Shown: piece by piece, positions 1 through 12,538 of the stretch
How positions within the stretch are numbered: position 1 is the stretch's first letter
Layout of the letters: each line of letters opens with the position of its first letter
Assembly: GCA_013239625.1 (NCBI GenBank)
Contig: MU053792.1
Coordinates: forward strand, 73,618 to 137,617
Source: Lama guanicoe
Taxonomy: Eukaryota
Reading direction: 5' to 3'
Length of the DNA stretch: 64,000 nucleotides
Translations under genes and position numbers: made by a program
Notes under the pieces: model-generated
The model's input: the letters and a program-made list of their open reading frames with translations, nothing else
What the model was told of the DNA's origin: nothing
The model's database searches: none

Positions 1-560
1 GGATGCAAGGATATTACAAATGTTACAAATTAGTCAGTGTGATACACCACATTAAAAAATTGAAGAATAAAAATCATATGGTAATCTCAATAGATGCAGA
101 ACAAAATCAACAAAATTTAACTTTCATTTATATTAAAAACTCCCTAGAATGTGGGCATCGTGGAGACATACCTCAGCATAATAAAGGCCATATATGACAA
201 ACCCACAGCTTACATCATACTCAAGGTGAAAAGCCAAAAAAGCTTTTCCTCTAAGAATAGGAACAAGACAAGTGTGCCTAGTCTAGCCACTTTTATTCAA
301 CCTAGTTTTGGAAATTGAGCCACAGCAATCAGAGAACAAAAGGAAATAAATGAAATCCAAACTGGAATGGAAGAAATAAAACTCTCACTGTTTGCAGTTG
401 ACATTAACACTATACCTAGAAAATCCTAAATGTGCCACCAGAAGATTACTAGAGTTTATCACTGAATTAGGTAGATTTTAGGATACAAAATTAATATATA
501 GAAATCTGTTCCATTTCTATATGCTAACAACAAAATGTTGGAAAGATAACTTAAGAAATT
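1..560 (+). mobile_element. LINE-1 ORF2 fragment (RT region), degenerate
   Basis: Translates as L1 ORF2 (..VIHHIKKLKNKNHMVISIDAE..) and includes the 'ctgtttgcagttgaca' FADD-region remnant. Confidence 0.9.
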
Positions 561-561
561 A

Positions 562-752
562 ATGAGGACACGTAATAACTGATACCACAGAGATATACAA
601 AAAAATCATAAAAGAATACTATTGAACAGTTAAATGCCAACAAATTGGACAACATAGAAGAAATGGATAAATTTCAAGAAACATACAACTTTTCAATTCA
701 TTCTACAGGGCCACCATTAATCTATTACCAAAACCAGACAAAAACATTACCT

Positions 753-798
<46 letters not shown>

Positions 799-3481
799 GG
801 AGGAAGGGAGGAAGGGAGAAAGAAAGAAAGAGGGAAAGGAAGGAAGAAAGAGAAAGGAAGGAAGAAAGAAAAAGGAAGGAAGAAAGAGAAAGGAAGGAAG
901 GAAGGAGGGAAGGAAGGAAGGAGGGAAGGAAGGAAGGAAGGAGGGAAGCAAGGAGGGAAGGAATTACAAGCCAATGTCTCTGATTAATATCATGAAAGAA
1001 TTATCAACAAAGTATTAGCAAATTGAATCCAACAATACATAACAAGAATAATAAACTATAAACAAGTTGGATTAATTCCAGTGTCACAGAGATATTTCAA
1101 CATTCATAAACCAATGAATGTGATATACCACTTTAACAGCAAGAGGGATAATAATCACATGATCATCTTACTAAACACAGAGAAAAGCATTTGACAAAAT
1201 TCAGTATCTATTCATTATAAAGACTCTAATCAAAGTCTTTATAGATGGAAATATCTCAACACAACAAAGGTCATTTATGATAAACCCACAACTAACATCA
1301 TAATGCTGGAAAGCTGCAAGATGTTTTTCTGAAATCAGGAACAAGACAAGGATGTCCACTCCTGTCACTTCTATTTAACATAGTATAGGAAGTGTTAGCC
1401 ATAGCAATCAGAAAAGAAAAAGAAATAAAAGGCATCCAACTTGAAAGAGAAGAAGTAAAACTGTCACTATATGCAGATGACATGATATCAGATATAAAAA
1501 ACCATGAATTCTCCATGCAAAACTGTTAGAACTAATAAATGAATCCAGCAAGGTTGTAGGATACAAGTATACAGAAATAATGAACTATCAGGAAAAAAAA
1601 AGCAAAAAATTATCCCAGTTAAAATCACATCAAAAAGAAAAAAAATACAAGAATAAACTTAACCAAGGAGGTAAATGATTTATATTCTGAAAACTATAAA
1701 ACATTGATGAAGGAATTTGAAAGTGATACAAAGAAATAGAAAGATATTCTATATTCTTGTATTGGAAAAATTAATATTTTTAGAATTAACCATACTACCC
1801 AAATCAATCTGTAGATTTAATAGAATCCCATCAAAATACCCATGCCATTTTCCACAGAACTAGAAAAAAATCCTAAAATTTATATGAAAACCACAAAAGA
1901 CCCCAAATTGCCAAAGTGTCTTGAGATAATAGAACAAACCTGGATTGATCACACTCCCTGATTTTAGACTATACTACAAGCTACAGTAATCAAAACAGCA
2001 TTGTACTGGCACAAAAGAGACACAGATCAATGGAACAGAATTGCAAGCCAAGAAATAAGTCCAAGCACTTATGGTCAATTAATCTATGACAAGGGAGGGA
2101 AGACTATACAATGGAGAAAAGATAATCTCTTTAATAAGTGGTGGTGGAAAAATTGAAGGGCTACATGTAAAAGAATGAGATTATAACATTTCCTCAGGTC
2201 ATACAATGGTAAGCTAAAAATAGATTAAAGACCTAAATGTAAGACTAGAAACCATAAAACTTCTAGAAGAAAACATAGGCAGAGCACTCTTTGACATAAA
2301 TTATAGCAGTATTTCTCTTAAGGCAAAATAAATAAAAGCAAAAGTAGACAAACAGGACCTAATTAAACTAAAACCTTTGGTGCAACAAAAGAAGCTATTG
2401 ACTAAATGAAATGAATATTTACTTATTGGGAGAAAATGCTTGCAAATGACATGACAGATAAAAGGTTAATATCCAAAATATGTAAACAGCACGTGCAACT
2501 CAATAATAATAATAATAAAAAATAAGCAAATTAAAAAATGTGTAGAGTTCCTGAAAAGACATTTTTTCAAAGAAAACATATAGATGGTCAACCAGCATAT
2601 AAAAAAATACTCAGCATCACTAATCATCAGAGGAATACAAATCAAAACCACAATTGGATACCATCTCACACTTGTCAGCTGGTATCATTGAAAGTCTACA
2701 AACAATATACACTGGAGAGAATGTGGAGAAAAGGGCACCCTAGTATATGGTTGGAGAGATTGTGAATTGGTGTAGCCACTGTGGAAAACAGTATTTTGTT
2801 CCTCAAAAAGTAAAAAAGAGAACTACCATATGACCCAGCAATTCTACTCCTGGGTATATATCCAAAGAAAATGAAAATGCTAATTGATAAGAGTATGCAC
2901 CCCAATGTTCACAGCAGAATTATTTACAATAGCCAAGATATGGAAGCAAACTAAGTGTTGATCAACAGATGACTGGATAAGAAGTCATTGTGTTTATGTC
3001 TGTCTATCTATATCTCATTATATATGTACATATGTATACACAATGAAATATTACTCAGTCTTAAAAAATTCTGCCATTTGCAATGATCTGGATGGACCCA
3101 GAACATATTATACTTAGTATAATAAGTCAGATAGAGAAAAAGAAATGCTTTATTTTATCACTTACATGCAAAACCTAAAAAATAAAACAAATGAATGTAT
3201 ATAACAAAAGAGAAACAGATTCACAGATATAGAGAACTTAGTAGTAGTTAGCAAAGAGGATAGGAAAGGGGAAGGGGTATGGGATTAGGAGTCACAAAAT
3301 ACTGTGTGTAAAATAAATAAGCAGCAAGGATCTGTTGTACAGCACAGGGAAATACAGTCATTATTATGTAATAACTTTAAATGGAATATTGTCTGGAAAA
3401 TATTAAATCACTGTGTAATGCATCAGCAGTTAATACTTCAGCACATCAATTTAATATTATAAATCAGCTATACCTCAAAAA
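562..3481 (+). mobile_element. 5'-truncated LINE-1 (ORF2 RT to 3' UTR)
   Basis: LDNIEEMDKFQETYN, then YADDMI motif at ~1469-1486, ORF2 C-terminal region and artiodactyl-type 3' UTR ending 'tatacctcaaaaa'. It repeats the consensus interval covered by 1-560, so it is a separate copy. Confidence 0.92.
753..961 (+). repeat. Compound (GAAA)n/(GGAA)n microsatellite inside L1 ORF2
   Basis: Pure purine tract of AGAA then AGGA units, flanked by contiguous L1 ORF2 sequence. Confidence 0.97.
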
Positions 3482-4599
3482 TGTTTATTTATAGTCTTTT
3501 ATCTGACAACTTTTTGATTTACTTGTTTTTAAGATTTATGTTTAGATGCTCAACATTTCATGAGACATTAGTTTATTATCTTACAGTATCTTTCTTGCTG
3601 ACAAAGTCTATAAAAGAGATAACATGACCTTATTTGACTTCTAATAAACCTAGCTATAATACAAGTGTTATAATTAATGCTGATAACTTTAAAGGCATGC
3701 TTCTTTGAATTAAACCAACAAAAGTAAACTAGCTTTTACTTACCAAAGATTATCTTAGATCACATGAACTTGAAGACTTTTGTGTTAGTTTCTATACTTC
3801 TGAGAGTATGTTTGATTTATATAAACCTGTGTTTTCATTTAAGCCAATTCCATAGAGCTCTTTACAAATTAATTCTGGCAATGTCATGAGAGGTAGAAAA
3901 CAATCACACATTTATGACATACATTTATAATATATTTAGACATACAGGCAGATGCAAACAAAGATCATATAGCTTTCATTTAAAAATTTCAACCATAAGA
4001 CATGCACCGTAATGCAAAACTCACTGGTTATCAAAGACCAGTTGGATCCAAATTGTGTTTCCACTACAATTTCTGACTAGATTTGTATAACAAGTGCAAA
4101 CTTTTAATACTTCAAGAAATTGGATTGCAAGCTGAATGATATTCAGAGACTTTCCTACCTAACCAGATATATCATCTTCACTTTGCTTCTTTATATCATG
4201 GGAAAGATCTTCAACTTAGATAGAAATTAAAAAAAATTGTTATGCTTTGTATTTAGAGCTGTGTGTCTTTGAAATGTTTTAGTAAAGTCTTCCACAAAGG
4301 GTTCAGATTTTTTTTTCTTTACTTCGTAGTTTTATTTCAGGTTAGGGGATAAGGCCTTACAAAATGTTTCTATTTACTCTATCAGCTTCCAACTCTGCCA
4401 GCTTCTGACCTTGAAGCGACTTAAAAAACAAAAAAACAAAAAAAAACCCTTCCAAATATTCCAAGTTTCAGCAGGGACAAACTGTAAATATTCCTGGCAG
4501 TATTAAATCACCCTTTGGAAGCAAGAGGCATCTCCAAAGATGGTGCAAATGATGCTGTCCTCTCCAGATCCATTGTGTTTGTTTGTTTATAAAATATAA

Positions 4600-4690
4600 C
4601 GTGTTTATTTTTTACTCTCTGTTTCTCCTTAATGGAGGCATTGGGGATTTGTGCTCAGCCAGCATGCACTCCACCATAAGCCCAGACACT
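4600..4690 (-). mobile_element. Degenerate tRNA-derived (Vic-like) SINE
   Basis: Minus strand ..gtggagtgcatgct..aatccccaatgcctccatt.. followed by an A-rich tail resembles the SINEs at 38202 and 55002. Confidence 0.45.
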
Positions 4691-4694
4691 AATT

Positions 4695-4880
4695 CCTATG
4701 TACAAATAGATAAACACAAGGTGCTATTATATAGCACAGGGAACTATATTCAATATTTTGAAATAGCCTATAATGAAAAATAACATAAAAGGAATATATA
4801 TATGTATAACTGAATTACTATGCTGTACACCAGAAATTAACACAACATTGCAAACTGACTTTACTTCAATTAAAAAAAAA
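4695..4880 (+). mobile_element. Short L1 3' UTR end with poly(A)
   Basis: 'tatagcacagggaactatattcaata...tgtacaccagaaattaacacaacattg...acttcaattaaaaaaaaa'. Confidence 0.85.
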
Positions 4881-5839
4881 TTTAGAGCCATTCCCAAAGA
4901 TAACCAAAAGAACAAAAGACTTAGACAATTCCTCTGAGAGCTGGAAACATTTCAGTATGACTTTGGCTGCAAATGAAAAGCCACTCATGTTTCTATCCAG
5001 CCATATTTTGGGGACCCTTCACCTTATGATCATCAAGCCAAGTTTCCAGGACACAAAAAAAGACAAACAAGAAGTCAACAGCCATCCACATCGAGGGAAA
5101 GGCCTGACAATCAGTGGGTATGTGAAAGCAAAATTCACAAGTCACAATTCAAAGATCTAATTCTTACAAATGTTCTTTGCCGGCCAATCTGAATTTGGAA
5201 AGGCACAACATGTCATTTTTAACTCCATCTCTTGACCAGGAGCCATACACAGAGATCTGGGAGAGCTGACTTTGGGAAGAATTCTCACCCTTCGCTGGCT
5301 TCTGCCAATTTCCCCGTGATCTCATCTGTAGGCCCCGGAGCAAGTGGAGTGGCCCAGCGGGTCTCATCCTGGTAACTAGAAACTGCAGAGGAGGGAATTT
5401 ATTCTTCGCTTTACCCTTTATGAGGAGTGTGGCTGAGAACTCTTCTCCTCTAGGGCACCTCATGGATGGATAACTTATCTAAATTAACTGTTCTCCCCTG
5501 TGGCCACAGTCATTCAAAGTTATCTTTGGTAAAGTTAACTTGCTTGTTCAGCCTAAAACAAAATTTTATTCACCCAAGGCCTGCACTGGACCCAGTTCAG
5601 TGTTTTGAGCCAAACTCAATTCTACTATGGCTGGTTTCCAGACCTAGTCAGGAGAGAGAGATTCTCAAATGGGCTCTAAAAGCTCAAAATATGGAAGCTG
5701 TGGAGCTTGGATCTGAGAGGGACTTACAAAGAAACCCCGGGGGCAGCAAGAAAGCAGCCAGCTCAAGGGGCTCAACAGGTACTCATGTCTGGTTGGTCAG
5801 TGTTACTGGGGGCCTTGGTGGGGGGGGTTCTCCTTCAGT

Positions 5840-5856
5840 TCCCTCTTCTGACACTA
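5840..5856 (-). promoter_or_regulatory. Retroviral primer-binding site, tRNA-Leu-like
   Basis: Minus strand TAGTGTCAGAAGAGGGA vs canonical TGGTGTCAGAAGTGGGA (15/17), 4 nt after the LTR-terminal CA. Confidence 0.75.
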
Positions 5857-5860
5857 CAAC

Positions 5861-6250
5861 TGTGAGATGATAAACTGAGCCATATGGTCAAAATGTAAGT
5901 GTGTATTTGAGCAGACATCAATTTGAATTGAGCAGCATTCAAATGAAATCAGATATAAAGGAATTCCAAAGAGTGGTAAAAAAATGAGATCTCATATGCA
6001 GAAGGGAACAGAAAAAGGTGGTTTTCCTAGGCAAAAAAGCAGGTTGGTTATTGCAAAGTTCCTCTCCTTTGCAATAGATGGCAGGAGTCAGCCGGCTGGA
6101 TTATGTAACTAACGCTGATCAGATGATTCCAGATGGACTGTTTGCAGATTCCATTTCTGGGAGACCTGACACCGTAATTAAGTCTCAGTTTGGTGACATG
6201 GGGCTTACCACAAGTGACTCCATTTTGAGCCTCTTTTGTTGTTTTTAACA
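5861..6250 (-). mobile_element. ERV1 5' LTR
   Basis: Minus strand TGTTAAAAAC...aaaatggagtcacttgtggtaagccccatgtcacc...tctcaCA, immediately followed by the PBS. Confidence 0.75.
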
Positions 6251-6744
6251 ACACATTTTTTTCCCCCAAGAACACAGCTAATTAATAAAACAGGGCTGCA
6301 AAATGGGAGTCCATGACCTGAAGTTCTATTTATATTGGCTAGTGCTTAAAAATTGAATTATCGTGCCACTAATAGTGATATGCATACTCTAGTTTGCCCT
6401 TGTTACTACCATTGATGTGCCCTTACACTACCGTGTTTCATGTATCCACGTTACCAGCTCACTTGGGAAGGCATAGGCTTTTCAAGTATTGGGAAAACAT
6501 ATTTAAAATTTAAAAACAATCTTCTCCCAATCTAGATATTCTTTCTACAGAGGTAGCAAAGAGAGAGAATACTTTTATCATCGAAGAAGCATGAAATCAA
6601 AATGTGATACGCACCACAGGAAATCTACCAAGAAATTGCAAAGGCAGAAAGGAACCTCCTCCCCGTAACAGCCAAGCAGATACAAACAGTGTTTCCAAGA
6701 TGAAAGAACAAACAAAAGAAAACAAACAAACAAAGCAATGAAAG

Positions 6745-7198
6745 AACTAGTTCTTAAGAGGACTTGACGGGCACTTTTTGTCACACATACTTCATCCTGG
6801 CTTTACCTAGTAATCAGTGACCGTCTGTGTTAGCTTGTTAGCTTTATGCCCAAGAAAGGCAAGCCTCATAACCTTGTATGACAGGAAGCTACTTTGCAAA
6901 TTGGAACCAAGTGCCCAGGGAAGTCGACTTCCTCACTGGGAAGTAGGGGGGCTACGTTCCTTAATGCTTGCATTTCAAAAAGATGGTCTTTAAGGAAGCT
7001 ATTCCTAGGTCCTGAAGCTGACAAAAGGACTAGATAGTTTCCAAAAGGATTTACACACATTTCAAAGAGAGGAGGAAGTACTTCCAAGGATACGTTCTCA
7101 AGTAAATTCTCTCAGAAAAAGCTGCACAGAGAAGTCTCTTCCTTTATTTTTAAAAGGCGAAATTAAGCTCTTATTCCTTAGTTTCATATATTCTTACA
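6745..7198 (-). mobile_element. Old ERV1 LTR fragment (MER31/MER67/MER89-like)
   Basis: Minus strand starts TGTAAGAATATATGAAACTAAGG..AAGAGCTTAATTT..TCTCTTTGAAATGTGTGTAAATCC, typical of this LTR group. Confidence 0.6.
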
Positions 7199-7262
7199 GA
7201 AAGATCACCTGAATGGGCTCTCCTAAACAAAGTAGCTTAAGAAAATATTTTTAAAGTAGTGT

Positions 7263-7280
7263 TTTTTGTTTTTTGTTTTG

Positions 7281-7310
<30 letters not shown>
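7263..7310 (+). repeat. (GTTTT)n microsatellite
   Basis: Tandem GTTTT units seen directly. Confidence 0.9.
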
Positions 7311-7312
<2 letters not shown>

Positions 7313-8208
7313 GCAATGGCAGTCCCTGGCATTTGTGAAGTGATTTTAAAAGTTTGGTTTTAGGAAATTAAAGAGCTTTCTAAAATGCAGATTCTCATAG
7401 ATACCGATTGTGAAGATCTGAAATTCAGTTTAAATATTCCCATTCTTAGCAGATGCCACTCTGACTATTCTGAGGGAAGTTATGCTATTCTTCTCCTTAA
7501 GAAACACCACCTGAGGCTAGGCAACCGTTTTGAAAAAGGCATCTTGCATAAAGCTTTTTGACTTGTTTAATGACCTTTGGAGTACTCTTAGGCTACTTGT
7601 TTACCTAATAAAATTAGTCATTTCTAATTATGTCCGGACACATATTTTCCCTTGTTGGAAACAGAAGATATCTCCTGTTTCATAAGTGAATGGTTGCTAT
7701 GGCATCGGTGATGCAGAGCATCCCCTGTGAGTACCAAACCCATACACTATTGTGATGTGGTCCAAACACATTTTGGATTAGATATTATTTTTAAAAAGAA
7801 GAAAAAATATTATCATTTTTGTATTAATTTATAAGCCAAGAGGAAGACTAAAAATAAGGAAAATTAAATGTTTAATTTAAAATATGTCTGTGGCATGGTG
7901 CTGCATTCAGTACATAATAAGCAAGTCCCTGACTTTTTAAAGTAATCAGCTGTCAGATATTTTTGTCCTTATTAGCACTAGACTAGACCCCTAAAGGCGT
8001 GGCTACTTGTCTCCAACTTCAGCACTTCAGACAATAAATATCAACACTGCTAACAAAATTATGATGATTAAAATGTTCCTTTAAAAATGGTGACACTTAC
8101 AATTAGTGTAAGTGACAACAGCTCTTTTAGTTATTTAAATTGTACCGTGGTCGTTTTACAATTATTGTTCAACTGTATTGAAAATTTTGTTAAGGTATTT
8201 AATAAGAT

Positions 8209-8711
8209 TGTTGACTGAAATAAAATCGCACAACATGAGAGTTGTGGGTTAAGTTTTATTTGGGGCAAAATGAGGACTATAGCCAGGGGGGCAGCATCCC
8301 AGAGAGCTCTGAGGAACTGCTCCAAAGAGGCAGAGGGAGGACTCAGTATTATAAATGATTTCAGTGAAGGGGGTACATGTAGTCAATCACACACTTAGGC
8401 AGAGTCCTGCTGCTAGTCACAAGGATCAGTTGTCACCGTAGATGAATTTATTGTTTTTCAAGATAGAAGACGTAAGAATTTGGGCTCATAAAATCTTCTC
8501 CTGAAAATAGCTAACTGTCTGAAGGCCTGTTCTGCTGGTACTCCCAGAGCACAAGTGCCTCACTCCTGTTCTCTCCACCCCAAAATCCTTTCAGGGTGGT
8601 TGGAGCAGCTGCAGTGGCTCACCACCTAATCCAAGCAGAGGTGGATGGCAGGTGCCAAATTGGCTCCAATCCTTGCAGAGGCAGATGACAACTGCCAGTT
8701 TTTAGTTGGCA
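8209..8711 (-). mobile_element. Solo ERV1 LTR with 4-bp TSD AGAT
   Basis: TG..CA termini; AGAT at 8205-8208 and 8712-8715; AATAAA on the minus strand at ~8256-8261. R/U5 is related to the LTRs at 17439 and 38616. Confidence 0.9.
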
Positions 8712-10192
8712 AGATAAATAGCAAACATAAAATATAAATAAAGGTACAGAGAAGGCTTCAACTTATCCTTTCAGGGAAAGAAAAGATAATAAAATTTTCC
8801 TCTTTAGAAATGTGTTTTGTCAGGTGATAATGTAGTGATAAAGTGGCATTAAAATCTTGGAAAACAGCTCTCAGTCATTCACTTAAAAAAACTGATATTT
8901 GGTCATTACTTATTACAGAACTTAACGGCATAGGAAGATGTTTCCATAGGCATTTTTAGGAAAATAACAATTATTATTTATTTTGTTAGGACAAAAGCCT
9001 ACACTGCAGTTTAATAAAAACATGATGCAATTCCTGTAGGCTGTGATTCTTTCTGGCCAGCTAAGATCGTGGCTTCTGTTTTCTATTCCCAATGGCAATC
9101 TCCAATCTCCTGCCCCCTCTGTCCCACTAGCACAAAGCAAATCAAGAAACACACTGTTTTATTCCATTTATGCTTCTCTCCCTTCAAGCGCTTCAGATTC
9201 TTTAGCCAGGGAACAAATTTTAACCCTCTCATCCCACCAAAAAACAAACAAAAAAAAACCAAACAAAACCCCTTCAATTTGACTTCTCTAGCCCTTTCTT
9301 CACTACTTTGTATCTATCCAAATCTAGACAATTTAATTATCGGTTTATGCTTCTTTTCTTTTCCTGCCACCTTGTCTTTGGTTCTGCGCTCTTCAGCACT
9401 CCTTGCTGGAAGTCTCTCGTGCGTCCTTCATCTGCCTCCTTCTCTTGCTGAATGATATTAACCTATCTTTCAAGACCCTGGTAAATGCTACCAATTCCTT
9501 GATGCTATTACATCCACAGCCAGAAATGATCATCTCTCAACTGTCCTTGCAGAATTTGTATCATCTTTTCACACAAGTGTTTATCATGTAATTGCTGAAT
9601 GCCTGATATATACCTGGAAATGTACCTGAATGTTACAAGTTCGGATCTCTGACTTCATGGAACACATAGGTAGTTTTCATAGACTAAAGGGTAGTAGTCT
9701 TTCTTGCCTCTAACTATACTATTAACTCTCTAAAGGCAGGAATATTCATCTTTGCATCATCACAGCACCTTGTATGATATTGGGAATGTAGTGGATAGAT
9801 AATTAATAAAATGATCTTAGTGAGTGGAGGAAAAAATTCTCTACTTAATACAGCATGTTTGAAAGCATAGATGGCTTCTGACTTACTGGCTTACACTTTT
9901 CCTCCCTGACGTGGCCTCTTTTTGGTCTTTCACCTGAACTCAGCCTCCATTATCAGAGATTTATTAATTATTGTAAAATTATGGAGATTTTAAAGAGTTG
10001 TTCTGGTGGAGTGCTTTGAGAAGGTCTACAGGGAGCTGGAGATCTAGCATTTAAAAAGAAATAAACCTCTCACTGAAGCCAAAATCAATTTTCTGAAATA
10101 CAAATCTGAAATTTCCAGCTATTTTGCAGCTATTTACAGAAAATATTTCCCAAGATAAAACAGAAGCTAATTAACATACCTGACCAGGGTGT

Positions 10193-10350
10193 CCATCAAA
10201 CAGATTACTGAATAAACTTCACTTCTCCATTTTTCTGTTTGTCTAATTCCCACTTAACTTTGGTGGTTCTACCATCAAACAGATTGCTGAATAAATTTCA
10301 CTTCTCCATTTTTCTGTTTGTCTAATTCCCACTTAACTTTGGTGGCTCTG
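10193..10350. repeat. Two-copy 79-bp tandem duplication
   Basis: 'ccatcaaacagatt(a/g)ctgaataaa(c/t)ttcac...ttggtgg(t/c)tct' starts at 10193 and again at 10272; about 4 substitutions. Confidence 0.95.
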
Positions 10351-10379
10351 TTTTCTACCACAAACCACACTTCAGCTTT

Positions 10380-10860
10380 CCTTTTGGGAACCATACTTCC
10401 TCCATTCTCAGCCACGTGACCTGAGGGGAATTGCAGCTGATGGGCTGAAGCCATCTACGTATTCATTCCCCGAGTCACAGTGACGGTTTCAGGGACAGTA
10501 GGCACGTTACATAGGCCTAGCTGGATCAACACTTTTCTCCATTCTTCTTCCCAACAGTGACTGGTTCAGAGTGAGAGGCAGATCACGCAGCCTCAATTAG
10601 TCCCAAAATAGTAAAACTCATGAATTTTCCTGAGAATATTGAGGTACTGAAGCCATCTCGTTTTTTCAGCCTGAAATTTCTTCAATTACAGGGAAAAGAC
10701 TGGAGCTAGGGGTTGAGCATGGGGCTTAGGAAAGGGGATGAGAAGGGAGAGAGAGGATGTAGAGCCTGGGTAATGGACAGATCCAGAGGAAGCAGGGACA
10801 GGAGAGAGATATGATGATGCCATTTAATTCCAGGAGTCAGCAATGACTGGGGCTTCTCTA
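10380..10860. mobile_element. Old ERVL-type LTR remnant (LTR16/LTR33-like)
   Basis: Repeated 'cacagtga(c)tggttcag..ggca' motifs and 'ccattctcagccacgtg', typical of this group. Confidence 0.45.
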
Positions 10861-10959
10861 CCTTATTGCCATATTTGTCAGTAGTTTTTAGATTTTGATG
10901 CTCTTGCTGCCAATGCAGAATTTATAGAAAGATGCTAAAAAGTATACAGGCTAACAATT

Positions 10960-11985
10960 GTATAATACAATGCCATCATTAACACGTTAAGTCACATAAC
11001 ACACAAAAAGTGCACTTATTTAAAATGTACACTTTAATGATTTTAATTCAGCTACAGAATTTTTCAACCATAGTTACACTCTATTTTAGGACATTTTTGG
11101 CACCCCACGAGGAAACCCTGTCCTCACTTACAGACACTCTGCAATCCCACTAAGCTCTCCAACTCCAGACAACCACTAATCTACTTTCTGTCCCTATACT
11201 TTGTCTGTTTTGGATACTTTATGTGAGTGGAAACATACAATGTGCTGTCTTTTGTGACTGTCTTTTTTCCCTTAGCAGAATGTTTTTAAAATTCATCCAT
11301 GTTACAGTGTTCAATTCTTCACATGGCTGAATAAAATACCATTGTATAGACAGCATTTTATTTATCCATGACCATTTGGGTCTCTTCCCCTATTTAGCTG
11401 TTATGAATAATTCTGCAGCAAACAGTCATGTACAAGTTTTTGTGGGGATATATGGTTTTGGTTCTCTTGCTTATGTACTTAAGAGTTGAACTGATGGCTT
11501 AAATGGTCAGTGTGTGTTTAACTTTTTAAGAGACTACCAAACTTTGTTTTCCAAAATGGTTTACCATTTTATATTCCCATCAAAAATCTCTGAGGGTTCT
11601 AGTTTCTCCACATTTCTCCCTCTGATTTTTTTGCTAGCAATTTCTATTACCTTTGTAAACTTTAGAGCCATCCTAGTGAGTCTGAAATAATATCTTATTA
11701 TGATTTTGACTGGCATTTTCCTGATATGATATTGAACATCTTTTCATGTGGTTATCAAACTTAAGTATAACTTCTTTGGAGAGATGTCTATTCAGATCTT
11801 TTATCCATTTTAATTTGTTTTGGTCTAATTTAAATTAGTAATTTATTTTCTTAATTTTTAAATTAGGGTTTTTTTTTATATTCTGCATGCAAATTTCTTA
11901 TGATATATGTGATTTACAAACATGTTATCCCATTCTGTGGGTTGTGTTTTCAATTTCTTGATGGCATTCTTTGCAGCACAGAAGT
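10960..11985 (-). mobile_element. Old L1 3' portion, antisense
   Basis: 'caaccactaatctactttctgtccctat', 'ttcatccatgtt', 'gccatcctagtgagtctgaa' are antisense L1 3' UTR/ORF2-end motifs. Confidence 0.85.
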
Positions 11986-12239
11986 CCTCGCTGATCCTTA
12001 CAGAAAAATGATGAGGGTCAACCTGAGTTTGAGGAAGAACTCAGTTCTCCGGCCCAGAAACTGAAACTGAAGGAAGTTCCTGCAGTCTAACCAAGAAGAG
12101 ATGGCAGAGATGCAAAAGGTGCTCAAGTTCCTGGAAGAGGTCATGGGAATCACCAAGGTTTATTTTCAAACCATTCGGGAGACCAGACACCAAGCCCTGT
12201 TCATCTTTTTCCCAGGGGTGGGCCTAGGTAGTAGGAAGT

Positions 12240-12538
12240 TTCTAATAAATCTCTTCCTATTGGTGAAAAAGGGAGCATCTTCCTTTAAATTCTCCTAAGT
12301 AAAATTCTAAAGGTAATGACTTAAAAACTTTAATCGGCACATTAGAAACTGCCACTATTTGCACTGAAGTATTACACCGAGGGAGGGAGCCTTCGATTTT
12401 GGTACGGTTTAAAACTGAAAAGGTGGCTCCTGTGTTTATTAGAGCCTTAACTGGTTCTCCCCGTACCTTTATTTCTACGTTCCCCAGAGTTAAAGAGAGA
12501 CGGGGAAAGACTCCGGGTGCTTCCTCAGAGCAGCCCTG
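12240..12538 (-). pseudogene. pro: Retroviral aspartic protease, catalytic Asp replaced by Asn
   Basis: ORF 12257-12580: VEIKVRGEPVKALINTGATFSVLN (canonical LIDTGA); C-terminal GRDLLE motif in a shifted frame at ~12241-12258. Confidence 0.88.

Larger units (their letters stand above)
3490..5860 (-). mobile_element. ERV1 (MER4-group-like) internal/leader sequence, no coding capacity seen
   Basis: AT-rich MER4-group-like internal sequence directly downstream (minus strand) of a PBS and LTR; interrupted by a SINE and an L1 3' end. Confidence 0.65.

Noticed and set aside
645..983. Lys/Glu/Arg-rich ORF and the antisense Phe/Ser/Leu-rich ORFs
   Set aside because: Translation artefacts of the purine microsatellite.
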